DNA of 64,000 nt, from assembly GCA_009103225.1 (NCBI GenBank), contig RHPI01000260.1, forward strand, positions 320,203-384,202. Reading direction: 5' to 3'. Every line of letters starts with the position of its first letter. Positions within the stretch are counted from its first letter, which is position 1. Shown piece by piece: positions 26,635 through 36,900 of this stretch. The DNA comes from Chlorokybus atmophyticus (Eukaryota; Plantae; Mesostigma and Chlorokybus algae). Below the pieces are notes generated by a model. That model made no database searches, was not told where the DNA came from, and saw only the letters and a list, made by a program, of their open reading frames with translations. A program made the translations under genes and the position numbers.

Positions 26635-29086
26635 TTACTGGAACTCTGTTTCAAAGGCTAGAGTGTCCACATTTGCATCATCATCTGAGCAGACATCATC
26701 CTCATCGCTGTCGCCAACCTCCACCTCTGCTTCTTCAACATCCCATGCCGCAAATTGCTCGGCATAATCAGAGGCAGAAATTCTGTCCATCAACCCGATG
26801 TTGCTGAAGATTCAAATCGAATCTCGAGCTCTGATTGGCTTCAGCTTGTTGCGCTTCTTGCTGTGGATGTGATCGAACGTGCTCCATGCCCGCTCGCATG
26901 ACGAGGCCACCGTCACTTACGCAAGCACGCGAACTGCAATTTTTTGAAGCTCAGGGACCTCAGCACCAAATTGAAGCCACCACTGATGAGCAGGAATGCA
27001 TGAAGCCGAAGCCTTCGCAGCATTGCGTCCAAATAGACCCTCTCCACATCGATATTGTGCCAGCTGCGTAGTCATTGTTACCTGCACTGTGCATATCTAA
27101 ATAGTCATGCACTTAGCATGCCATGATAGGAGAACATAACAACTTAAGTAACTGTTATGCACCTGCTCATCCGTGGTAAGCATGCGCTCAACAACGTTCC
27201 AAAATCTGCGAGTGATGTCAGCGTTCTTGTATTGTGCGGAGAGGCGAAACTCTGGATCCAACACGTAGCCAGCGCAAAGCAAGTCTGTTCTCATCATCCG
27301 CCAGCGTGCATCAAACTTTTCGAGCATGTTCTCTACCAAACTGGCAGGCAGAATAGATGCCTGCAAAGACTCGCGAGCACTCATCATGTGATGCAGCAGT
27401 TTGCCTACACCACATATATGTATGTGAGTTGTTGTGCTATGTGCATTGCAGACTTTAATGTTCAAGATAATGCAAGCAACATGTACAACACACTTACCCG
27501 TCGTAGGGTAGGGGCCATCTACCAAGCGCAGCACCTTGATAAGGGGCTCAAGGGCAGCAATGATGGTGCCAACCCTCTTCCAGAACGATGATGAGAGGAC
27601 GACCTTGCGAGTCAACTCGGCTTGAGCGCGATGCTGCCCGCGTGCAGCCCATGTTGTCCACTCGTCGCTTACAACTGTCTTTGCTAGCTCGCCCTTGACG
27701 TCGAGCAACCGTTGCAGCATGATGAAGGCTGATGCGAAACGAGTCTCGCCCGGCTTCAACAGTGCCTTAGTTGTGTGAGATCTGGCAGCAGCGTAGCACA
27801 CGAGTCAGCATGCATGCGCATGCGTGTATATGCATGTATGGGTGCTGCACGCGTGTGCATGCGTATGCATGCGTGTGTATGCATGTATGTGCGCTGCGCG
27901 TGTGTGTGCATGCGCATGTATGTATGCATGTATGTGCAGTCAGCAATTGTATGTGCACATGTGCGGGCGGAGACACAAACTCAAAGGCGGGCCTACCTAA
28001 AAAGGGCTAGGCTCTTGTGGTGGTTAGCAATGAAGGTGACCACATATTTCCCTTTCTTGATGCTTTGTTCAAAGAACTCAAAGCGGCCTATGTCCTCAAG
28101 CAAGAGGTCGACACAATGTGCTGCACACGGGCTCCAGAGAATGTGCTTGTACTGCTGCATGATGATACGACCAGCAGCAACGCACACACTGGCGCTGTCC
28201 GTGACCACTTGAACCACATGCTCCCACCTACTCTTGAGACAAGCGTGCATCATTATGTAGCATGCTTGCAGCACATGCAGCAACCCACAACCTTGCATTT
28301 GATGCGTACCTTGATGATGGCTTGAGATAACACGCTCGCAACAAAGTTGGCTGTCTTTATCTTTGACTCTGTGTTGATTGCGTCCAAGAACTGTGCACCA
28401 GCTGGTGCTACTTGCAACACATTCAAGAGCGGACGGCTATTGACATCGGTCCACCCATCACTAGTGATTGTGCAACCGGACGACGTGATTGCTGCCCGGA
28501 AGTCTCCCAACTTGTCGTCTACATCATGCTTAACCTTATCTAGCAGGTTTGTGCGCAATGCATTGTATGTGGGAGGCGTGTATGATGGCCCAAACTTGGC
28601 AATGGCACGCACAGCGTTTTTAAAGTGCACGCTCTTTGCCAAATTGAATGATATCCCTCTTGCATAGAACATGCGTGCAACCATCTGATCTGTCTGTCCC
28701 TTGCGCTGCCTATTGAATGCTGCCTCAATAGGTGAGGGCTGAGCTACTGGCTTAGGTGCAGAATCAGTCTGATCAACCGTTTCCTGACTCCACACATCCC
28801 CTACTGTGCGCTTCCTCTTAGATGCTGAAATGGATGCAGTTGACGCTTGTTCAATGCTAGCAAAATGGGCCTTGACATCATCAGGCACAGCTTGACACGC
28901 CGCCACTCCAACCCCTACCTTGCCTACCAGATGTGCTCTGATTCTAGTGACCCCTCCATTGAACTGTTTTTTGCAGTGAGTGCACTCGACTGTAGCTTGG
29001 TTTGTCCTTTGCTTGCTAGACTCACCATCCTTAACAACTTCATTGACATGCTTCCACTCATCAGCTGATCTACTGCTAGACGCCAT
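26635..29086 (-). pseudogene. hAT transposase (BED zinc finger, DUF659-type core, C-terminal dimerisation domain), spliced, with nonsense codons
   Basis: CTHCKKQF..RIRAHL (BED), TITSDGWTD, VTDSAS, WSPCAAHCVDLLLEDI, LLKPGETRFAS, WWLQFGAEVPELQKIAVRVLA*, SSCERAWS. In-frame stops at 26917-26919 and 26812-26814. Confidence 0.9.
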
Positions 29087-29089
29087 TCC

Positions 29090-29428
29090 TGTCAGGAGAG
29101 AGGGTGTGCCCCTCCTCCCTTTAATCCCCTACCCCAACACCACCACCAGCCTCGCCGCCGCCGCCGCCACTGCCGGGGCAGTTGCCAGAGCAAAAGATGC
29201 TCTGGCTATGGCGGCCGCTGCGTTAGCAGCGCCGCCATGCAGCTGATATCCACATGAGACTCATGTCTCATGTCGATATCAGTGTTATAGATAAGTAACA
29301 CTACATTAGGGCCTTAACACTAGGTTAACGGCCCTAATAAGGCTTAATAGGCTGTATAATCCCGTTGTGACCCTTATTTAATCCTAAATAAGGGCGGGGA
29401 ACCTCTATGGAGGTAGCACACCGTTACA
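29090..29428 (-). repeat. 3' LTR (339 bp)
   Basis: Matches 35858-36196 with 6 substitutions counted by eye. Confidence 0.95.
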
Positions 29429-29704
29429 TTCCCCCCCACTTAGGTTTCAATGTCCTCATTGAAACCTAAGTGCCGCCATGCAGCTGATATCCACATGAGA
29501 CTCATGTCTCATGTCGATATCAGTGTTATAGTTAAGTAACACTACATTAGGGCCTTAACACTAGGTTAACGGCCCTAATAAGGCTTAATAGGCTGTATAA
29601 TCCCGTTGGGACCCTTATTTAATCCTAAATAAGGGCGGGGAACCTCTATGGAGGTAGCACACCGTTACATTCCCCCCCACTTAGGTTTCAATGTCCTCAT
29701 TGAA
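29231..29704. repeat. 241-bp-period tandem duplication of the U3 side of the LTR plus PPT
   Basis: 29231-29471 is repeated from 29472; the LTR end GTTACA occurs at 29428 and 29669. Confidence 0.95.
29429..29438 (-). other. Polypurine tract (GTGGGGGGAA-like), with a second copy at ~29670-29679
   Basis: G-rich tract immediately before the 3' LTR on the minus strand. Confidence 0.8.
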
Positions 29705-29791
29705 GGGTTAGCAAAGCCCCATCACGAGTCACAAAACGAAAGCAGTGAGAGAACCAGGGCCGAAGCGGTAAAGATGTCTGCCAGCACCCTT

Positions 29792-32700
29792 TTACCGTTC
29801 GCGTGTGGACACAGTACTCCAGTACCCCCGAAGAACCTCTTGGCAGTTGGTAAGATTCCTTTCGGGCTCCCATGTATTGTGTTCAACACCATACCCTTTC
29901 CATTTCACCAAGTAGGACGGCGCGCGTCCGCGTCGAGGCTTACGGTGACTTAGGATTGCTTCCACCTCATACTCAAATGTATTGTCACCATCCACTGCGA
30001 CTGGGGGTGGAGGAGGTTGAACCCGACCGTCTGATCGGTACGGTTTCAGTACACTCACATGAAACACATTGTGAATTCGTATCGACATTGGTAAATCCAA
30101 ACGATACGCGTGAGTGCCGACCCGATCAATCACTTTGAAAGGGCCTATCCAGCGAGGGAAAAACTTGCGGGTACCCACTCCCTTGATGGATACGTTTTTG
30201 GTACTTAAAAGCACCGAACAGCCCACATCGTAGGTGGCCTCTCTACGATGCGCATCAGCTTGGGCTTTTTGTCTGTCTTGCGCTGCGCGCAGACAGTCTT
30301 TTGCCAACGCTAACCTATCCTGCATGGCCGAAGCCATCTCGCGCGCTGCAGGTACGCGAGTCACGTCAGTAGCGGGCAACTTAATGTTCGCAGGACTTAG
30401 TGGATGCACTCCGTAATTCAAGAAGAACGGAGTCTCCTGCACACTCTCTTGCCATGCATTATTGATCGCAAATTCAGCCATTGGGAGATAAATATCCCAA
30501 TCACTCTGATTCGGGCTCACATAATGCCGGATGGTTTCCTCAATCACTTGATTGGCGCGTTCTGTTTGACCATCCGTCTGTGGATGGTAAGCAGTGCTCA
30601 TGTTCTGCTGAATGTGTAAGAAGCTGCATAGCGACTTCCAAAACTGAGCCACAAATCGCGGATCGCGATCTGACACGAAGTTGCGGGGCAAGCCATGCAA
30701 CTTGAACACAGACGCGACAAAAACCATCGCCAACTCACGGGAGCCTATCTCCGTGCGACAAGGGACAATGTGGACCATTTTTGTTAAACGATCCACGAAA
30801 ACTGCAACCGCAGTGTGACCTAATGCTGTCTCTGGGAGCTCAGTAATTAAGTCCATACTCACACTTTCCCATTTGCCATCAGGAACAGGCAAAGGTCGCA
30901 GCAACCCAGCGGGTTTCTGACGTAACGGCTTGTCACGCTGACATTTGTCACAGGTGTCAACATAACGCTTTACGTCAACAGGCAACGATGGCCACCAGTA
31001 CAGCTGTTGCGCTGCCTTGGTAGTCTTGCGATTTCCAAAGTGCCCAGCGTACGGTGGGTCGTGTACATCAGCTATGCATTGCATGCGTAGCCCAGCATGG
31101 TCAGGTATCACCAAGCTAGCACCCATATAATACAAGTTGTCTCGTGCTTCAAGCTGTTGTATATTCTCTTGCCGTGAGAACCATGGGTCTAAGGAATACC
31201 CATGCAAAACAGATTGCACAAATGCATCATTAGCGGGCAATGTAACTTGCGTCGCAAGCAATTGCGCACGCATAACTGCCAATAATGACGGACAGCGACT
31301 TAAAGGATCTGCCACATTAGTTCTGCCAGGCCGATATACCCATTCAAAAGTAAATCGCGACAGAAACTCATTCCAGCGAGCTTGCCTACGTGACAAGGTC
31401 AGCTGCGTTGAGAAGTATACTAATGGGTTGTGATCAGTCACCACTGTGAACTGAACTCCCTCTAAGTAACATCGCCAAGTTTCGAGAGCATGTACGACAC
31501 CAAGCAACTCTTGCTCAGTAGTAGTGTAGTTTACCTCCGCTGGGATAAACTTCCTACTTTCATAAGCACATGGTCTGCCGTCTTGCAGTAGTACTGCACC
31601 ACACCCAAGGGTGGAAGCATCACTGACCACAGTGAAATGTTTATCCCAATTTGGCAATGCCAATACTGGAGCTGAAGTTAATGCTAACTTCACTTGTTGC
31701 ATAGCAGCTTCTTGGTCTGACGTCCAAGAAAATGGCGCGTCCTTTCGCAACAATTTAGTCAAGGGCATTACAACTGTAGAATAACCCATCATAAATTTGC
31801 GAAAATAATTTGCCAATCCCAAAAATGATCTCAGTTGATGAATATTTTTGGGTTGAGGCCAATTCTTGACAACTTGCACCTTGCGAGGGTCAGGCTTTAC
31901 ACCCGCACCACTCACAACATGTCCCAAGAATGGTAACTCCGATTTGCAAAAGTCACATTTTGCAAGGCTGGCAAATAAATGATGCTTCCGCAACAAAGTA
32001 AACACCGCTTCTAAGTGTTGCTTATGTTCCTCTTTGGTTTTACTAAAGACAATAATGTCATCCAAGTAAACCATAACATACTTGCCAAGTATATTACCGA
32101 AAATTTTATTCATTTCCTTCTGAAACACAGCAGGCGCATTCGTCAATCCAAAGGGTAGCACTTTGTATTGATAATGGCCCGAAGGTGTTCTGAAAGCTGT
32201 CTTATAGACATCAGCGGAATGAATTCGGATCTGATGATATCCACTTGTCAGGTCTAATGTACTGAAGTATGCATTACCTGATAGTTTATCAAACACGTCA
32301 TCAATCCGTGGCAACGGGTATCGATTTTTCACCGTGATTTTGTTTAAAGCACGATAGTCCACACACATGCGCAATTTTCCATTCTTTTTCATCACAAATA
32401 GGATGGGTGCGCCAAAGGGTGAAGAACTTGGTTCAATCAATCCTTTTTCCAATAACTCCTTGATTTGTGTTTCCATTTCCCCCCTTTCTCTAGGGCTTAG
32501 CCTATATATTGGCCGAAAAGGAGGATCACTATCAGGAATTAATGGTATAGTGTGTCCGACACCTCGGTCAGGAGGCAAGCCCGGCAACTCATCTGAGAAC
32601 ACATCTTGATATTCCTCAATGAGGTCTGCCACACCTTCAGTACTACCCGGCGCAATGTCATCTGATGAAGACAAATGTACCAGAAAAGCCGGTGTGTTTT

Positions 32701-32959
32701 TGCGCAACGCACGTTTCACCTGTAGTGCCGTGAGTAACGCAGGGTCGGGTTGCTTGAATTCCAAGCTATGCGACCCTTTCACAGACAATGTAATCCGCTT
32801 ACCGCCTTTCTTTACTGTGCACAAGCGTGCACCCGTATCCAATGTCATTGTGACATTATTTTGCCATTCTTGGCCTAGTACCACATCAACACCAGATATG
32901 TTGATTGCTACTACTATAAAGGCAAGATTGGCATAATAATTACCAATTTTAACCTTCAA
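29792..32959 (-). CDS. Pol: RT, RNase H, integrase (HHCC, DDE, GPF) and chromodomain
   Basis: LRMCVDYRALN, VMVYLDDIIVFS, VVSDAS, H..H..CDKC, VSMDLI/SDRD/QTERAN, PRWIGPF, YEVEAIL..YLVKWKGYG..TWEP. Confidence 0.97.
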   Translation of the reverse strand: MKVKIGNYYANLAFIVVAINISGVDVVLGQEWQNNVTMTLDTGARLCTVKKGGKRITLSVKGSHSLEFKQPDPALLTALQVKRALRKNTPAFLVHLSSSDDIAPGSTEGVADLIEEYQDVFSDELPGLPPDRGVGHTIPLIPDSDPPFRPIYRLSPRERGEMETQIKELLEKGLIEPSSSPFGAPILFVMKKNGKLRMCVDYRALNKITVKNRYPLPRIDDVFDKLSGNAYFSTLDLTSGYHQIRIHSADVYKTAFRTPSGHYQYKVLPFGLTNAPAVFQKEMNKIFGNILGKYVMVYLDDIIVFSKTKEEHKQHLEAVFTLLRKHHLFASLAKCDFCKSELPFLGHVVSGAGVKPDPRKVQVVKNWPQPKNIHQLRSFLGLANYFRKFMMGYSTVVMPLTKLLRKDAPFSWTSDQEAAMQQVKLALTSAPVLALPNWDKHFTVVSDASTLGCGAVLLQDGRPCAYESRKFIPAEVNYTTTEQELLGVVHALETWRCYLEGVQFTVVTDHNPLVYFSTQLTLSRRQARWNEFLSRFTFEWVYRPGRTNVADPLSRCPSLLAVMRAQLLATQVTLPANDAFVQSVLHGYSLDPWFSRQENIQQLEARDNLYYMGASLVIPDHAGLRMQCIADVHDPPYAGHFGNRKTTKAAQQLYWWPSLPVDVKRYVDTCDKCQRDKPLRQKPAGLLRPLPVPDGKWESVSMDLITELPETALGHTAVAVFVDRLTKMVHIVPCRTEIGSRELAMVFVASVFKLHGLPRNFVSDRDPRFVAQFWKSLCSFLHIQQNMSTAYHPQTDGQTERANQVIEETIRHYVSPNQSDWDIYLPMAEFAINNAWQESVQETPFFLNYGVHPLSPANIKLPATDVTRVPAAREMASAMQDRLALAKDCLRAAQDRQKAQADAHRREATYDVGCSVLLSTKNVSIKGVGTRKFFPRWIGPFKVIDRVGTHAYRLDLPMSIRIHNVFHVSVLKPYRSDGRVQPPPPPVAVDGDNTFEYEVEAILSHRKPRRGRAPSYLVKWKGYGVEHNTWEPERNLTNCQEVLRGYWSTVSTRER

Positions 32960-32965
32960 CCTTAC

Positions 32966-33553
32966 TTATCCCGTCACTGGCAATGTACCCCCAGCACCGG
33001 CAGCCGAAAATGCTGAGGGTTTGCGCATGATTTTATTGCGCGCAACCCATTGCTCGTCCACGAAGTTGTGTGTCGCACCAGTGTCAATCAAAAACGAGCT
33101 ATTCACACCTTGCATTGTGCCACTGAATGTCCACAACAAAGGTACCACTCGTCCTTGAAAGGTAGCCAAGAATCCGTGACTAATGCGGGGGTTGATTAAT
33201 ATTGCTGATAATCGAATTGTCCCAGTCTCGCGCTTGGTGAATTGTTTTAAAACAGTACCCCCTCGAATATACTTCAACCATGGGCCATGATATTTTGGCA
33301 CCATTGCTACCACACTCAGGGGTCTGTGTTTACATTGCAATTCACTCAATGTGTGCAACACGTCGGTAAGCATGTTAAATTTCACATGTACCAGTACACA
33401 AGTATTTGCTTCCACTGTTGCAACATCAAACAGTGGTAACTTGTGATGTGTTTGCCATGCATGCGTCATTACATGCATTTGAGACAGATTATCAAACCAG
33501 TTAACTGCTTGTATCTCAAGCAACTGACTATCAACCTTTGCTACATCAGCCAC
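32966..33553 (-). CDS. Gag-Pol junction ORF: unknown ~120-aa segment plus aspartic protease N-terminal half
   Basis: FLIDTGATHNFV near 33080. In frame with both gag and pol, separated from each by a single stop codon. Confidence 0.85.
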   Translation of the reverse strand: MADVAKVDSQLLEIQAVNWFDNLSQMHVMTHAWQTHHKLPLFDVATVEANTCVLVHVKFNMLTDVLHTLSELQCKHRPLSVVAMVPKYHGPWLKYIRGGTVLKQFTKRETGTIRLSAILINPRISHGFLATFQGRVVPLLWTFSGTMQGVNSSFLIDTGATHNFVDEQWVARNKIMRKPSAFSAAGAGGTLPVTG

Positions 33554-33562
33554 AGCGTAATC

Positions 33563-35029
33563 CTATTCAACCTTCTTGGCTTTGCCCTTCGCCTTCGTAG
33601 GACAGGCCTTTGCAACGTGACCCGGCTGATGGCAGATGAAACAGGTGCGAGCTGCAGTAGGTGCATTACCAGCAGACGTACCACCAATTCGAGGAGCGAA
33701 TGTCTTCGCTTTCTTCGCCACATGTACACTCGGCGGAGGATAGCGCTTTATTCCCCCCCCTTGCGGCTTGGCCATAGCTGTCACGTTCGACTTTTCCTGC
33801 ACGACCGTGTCATCATTGTACAGGTAAACACTTAGCTTTTGCAGCTTGGCCAAGTCATCAGGAACCCAAGGAAGCCCCGTTGCAGTGTTGTACTGCAGCT
33901 GATCGCGAACACGCGCATCCAAGCCACGCTTGTACAACTCGAACTGCTCAGCTTTGTCCATAGGCATCAGGCCGCTATTGGCACGACCAACTAATGCTTG
34001 GAACTCCTGCAGATACACTGATGCTGCTCGACCATTCTGTCGCAACTTGCTAAGTTTGTTACGAGCCTGAGTAGCCGGATCCATGCCACCATAGCGCTCC
34101 ATCAGAAACTGAAACAGTGCTGGTACTGTCTTCACAGCGCCATGCTCTGTTTGTCGTGCCCACTCGGCGAGAGCATCAGATGGCATAAGCAACTCAGCAA
34201 CGGCAACGTGCTCACCCACCGGGCGCTTTAGCGCTGTCAGGTAATGTTCGACAGTCACCACCCAATCATGGATACTTACACTACCGTTAGGCTTGAACTT
34301 TTCAGGTTTGTTCAATGCCGTAACCGGCAGCCCCACTGATGCGCCAACTGATGAAGCAGCACCCGCTACTTGCTGACGCAGCGCCATCAACTCAGATTGC
34401 ATCGCATCGAGGCGTGCCTCCAACTTCACTCGGCCAGCCAACTTATTTTCCAAGTTAGGTCCCAAGTACCAGAACACATCCTTGCAACGCTGCTGCGTTT
34501 CAACCATCAAGTTGGCTAAGGCCTCAAACGCCATCCGCTTCCCTTCGTATGGGAGCGGCCTATCGTAGACGGCCATCAGAGCAGCCACTTTTGGATCACC
34601 ACGCACGAGTGGCGGAACATTGTTCGTCAACTCGTGCTCAATCATGCGGATCACCATCTCCTTACTAGTGCGAGGGAGAGTGGCAAAATCTGTTTCATAG
34701 CCATTACGAACCTTCTGCGCCCATGCATCCCACACTTCTTGACGAAGCTGCGGGTGGGCGTCAAGTAAAGTCTTGCGCTCGCGCGCATACTTTTCAATGG
34801 CTCCGCCAATGACACTCGGTGTGTCCATTACAGCTGGCTCACTGTGGGTAGACAGGTCGGGGGAAGCTTCGCTATCTTGCTTAGCCTCTTCTTCCTTGTC
34901 ACTGTCAGTGAGCTTATAGCTCTCACTCGTGTCCGAGTCCCTCACTTTGTCATCACTGGATGGCTCATATGAGGATGATGAATCAGGGACGGTGAAGTAC
35001 TTTTCACCTCCCTCTCCTTGGTCAGACAT
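33563..35029 (-). CDS. Gag with CCHC zinc knuckle
   Basis: KPEKFKP, LSKLRQNGRAASVYLQEF, CFICHQPGHVAKAC; first ATG at 35029. Confidence 0.9.
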   Translation of the reverse strand: MSDQGEGGEKYFTVPDSSSSYEPSSDDKVRDSDTSESYKLTDSDKEEEAKQDSEASPDLSTHSEPAVMDTPSVIGGAIEKYARERKTLLDAHPQLRQEVWDAWAQKVRNGYETDFATLPRTSKEMVIRMIEHELTNNVPPLVRGDPKVAALMAVYDRPLPYEGKRMAFEALANLMVETQQRCKDVFWYLGPNLENKLAGRVKLEARLDAMQSELMALRQQVAGAASSVGASVGLPVTALNKPEKFKPNGSVSIHDWVVTVEHYLTALKRPVGEHVAVAELLMPSDALAEWARQTEHGAVKTVPALFQFLMERYGGMDPATQARNKLSKLRQNGRAASVYLQEFQALVGRANSGLMPMDKAEQFELYKRGLDARVRDQLQYNTATGLPWVPDDLAKLQKLSVYLYNDDTVVQEKSNVTAMAKPQGGGIKRYPPPSVHVAKKAKTFAPRIGGTSAGNAPTAARTCFICHQPGHVAKACPTKAKGKAKKVE

Positions 35030-35844
35030 CTGCCCAAGGATAACACTGTTCAAATAGTGCACAAACACGGAAAGTTGTGCACTATGAAAACGTCGAATAC
35101 TAGTGATTTTGTCCTGTCAAGTTTGGAGGGGTAAACGTGGAGTATTCAGCCCAAACAAGAGCTCTCCACACACCTCTCAACTAGACAATCACTGTGCAAC
35201 AAACCGCACGCGAATGCACGCGACGGCTCACGAGCTATGGCTGCTCAAAGTTTTCACTTTGTACAACCCAGCTCAACTTACAATCACAATTGACACCCAA
35301 AGTGCCAAAATCTCGTTGAATCAGCCCTACAGGCCGATATCGACAAGTTGTGAGTTGTGAGTTTGATATCGACCGCACAGAAAAATTCTGGCGGCCTCAC
35401 CGCACTGACTGGCGGTACCGAGACAGTCGATGTTGCCACCGAACTGCCCCCAAGGGAATTTATCCAAAAAAATAGATAAAAAGCCCTTCACCACCACGAA
35501 TCCACGTGGTGGTTAGCACACAAAGATTATAGTAAACAATATATGATTACTATGTTATGTGCTTGGATGCAATGCTTCAGGGAGGGGCCTGGATGGCCGC
35601 CCCCCTTCACACAATAACAACTAAACTAGGACAAGTTAGGCATGGCATGGCATGGCATGCATAGGCTAGGCTAGGCTAGGCTAGGCACCAGCAGCAGCGT
35701 TTAACTACAACAGTTAAACCAAACAAAACTTTTAACTACCGCTAGTTTGCCGCCGCAGTGCCGCCTGCCGACGCAGTGCCTGCCGCCGCCCCTGCAGTGC
35801 CTGCCGCCTGCCGCCGCCCCTCCCACAGGCCCCTTGCCGCCCGT

Positions 35845-35856
35845 GCTCCGATACCA
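35845..35856 (-). other. Primer-binding site, initiator tRNA-Met-like (TGGTATCGGAGC)
   Basis: Directly follows the 5' LTR; one mismatch to the common plant PBS TGGTATCAGAGC. Confidence 0.85.
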
Positions 35857-35857
35857 A

Positions 35858-36196
35858 TGTCAGGAGAGAGGGTGTGCCCCTCCTCCCTTTGATCCCCTAC
35901 CCCAACACCACCACCAGCCTCGCCGCCGCCGCCGCCACTGCCGGGGCAGTTGCCAGAGCAAAAGATGCTCTGGCTATGGCGGTCGCTGCGTTAGCAGCGC
36001 CGCCATGCAGCTGATATCAACATGAGACTCATGTCTCATGTCGATATTAGTGTTATAGTTAAGTAACACTACATTAGGGCCTTAACACTAGGTTAACGGC
36101 CCTAATAAGGCTTAATAGGCTGTATAATCCCGTTGGGACCCTTATTTAATCCTAAATAAGGGCGGGGAACCTCTATGGAGGTAGCACACCGTTACA
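35858..36196 (-). repeat. 5' LTR (339 bp)
   Basis: Direct repeat of 29090-29428. Confidence 0.95.
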
Positions 36197-36591
36197 ATTC
36201 CCTACACATTATATAGTCAGTGACGCTGGCATGCAGGCACACATAAGCATGCACAACCACACAGCAACAATGGCGTCACACTGACGCCGAAATTGATCAC
36301 ATGCACACACACTCACCTACCCAGAGGTTACTCCTCGCCAGCACAGCGCTAAGGCTCCGCCCCACGCCGCCGCCGCCGCCCACAATGGCACTGCCGACAC
36401 TGCCGCCAACAACCCTGGGCTTTTGGCGGCAAATTGACACTGCTCATTACAATGCAAAATACCTAATGAGAACTTTGAGACGAAACCCTAATACGGCAGA
36501 ATACGCGCACTTGCTACGGCCGCTGCCTGCTACGCGCATAATACGGTAGCCAAAGTGCGTCGATGCCGTATCAGGCAACTATGTCTACACT

Positions 36592-36900
36592 TGCTGGGAA
36601 AATGTAACGCAGTATTGCAAAAGGGGTGATGTTGTTGCCGTGCAAGCCGAACCACCACCACGACAACCATCACCACCACACGACTTCCGTCCGAGCAAGC
36701 CGTCCATTGCAGTGTGCAACACGCCCCTACGCCCTTGGATTGCTGCAGCCAGTCACGTGTTCGAACCAGAGCCATCTTCTTACTTTGTAAGAGAAGGGGG
36801 AACATCTTACGTTGTCGAAGACGACGCTTCCAATATGGATGCATACTAAGCGAAGATGTCGGAGTCACTAGGGCGGTTCTTTGATGTAGTTTGCAGCTAT
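36592..36900 (+). pseudogene. F-box-like gene copy A, 3' part (continues after the hAT)
   Basis: TGCTGGGAAAATGTAACGCAGTATTGCAAAAGGGG.. aligns with copy B ~40890-41150 and copy C ~44300-44600. Confidence 0.75.

Larger units (their letters stand above)
29090..36196 (-). mobile_element. Ty3/gypsy LTR retrotransposon, chromovirus type, near full length
   Basis: Two 339-bp LTRs (TG..CA), 5-bp TSD ATTCC at 29085-29089 and 36197-36201, PBS, PPT, and gag-PR-RT-RH-INT-chromodomain order. Confidence 0.97.
26383..36583 (-). mobile_element. hAT-superfamily DNA transposon (non-functional), containing a nested LTR retrotransposon
   Basis: Left end CATAGTTGCACGATGCGG (26383); right end reverse complement CATAGTTGCCTGATACGG (ends 36583), 15/18 match. 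Flanks ACTACACT (26375-26382) and TCTACACT (36584-36591) form an 8-bp TSD with one mismatch. Removing the element restores collinearity with F-box-like copy B. Confidence 0.92.

Noticed and set aside
32957-33565. TAA/TAG reassigned to Gln (as in some ulvophyte algae) as the explanation for in-frame stops
   Set aside because: Host genes here end at TAA exactly where expected (FGGY 469-471, NAA50 5073-5075, GRX 9063-9065), so the standard code applies.
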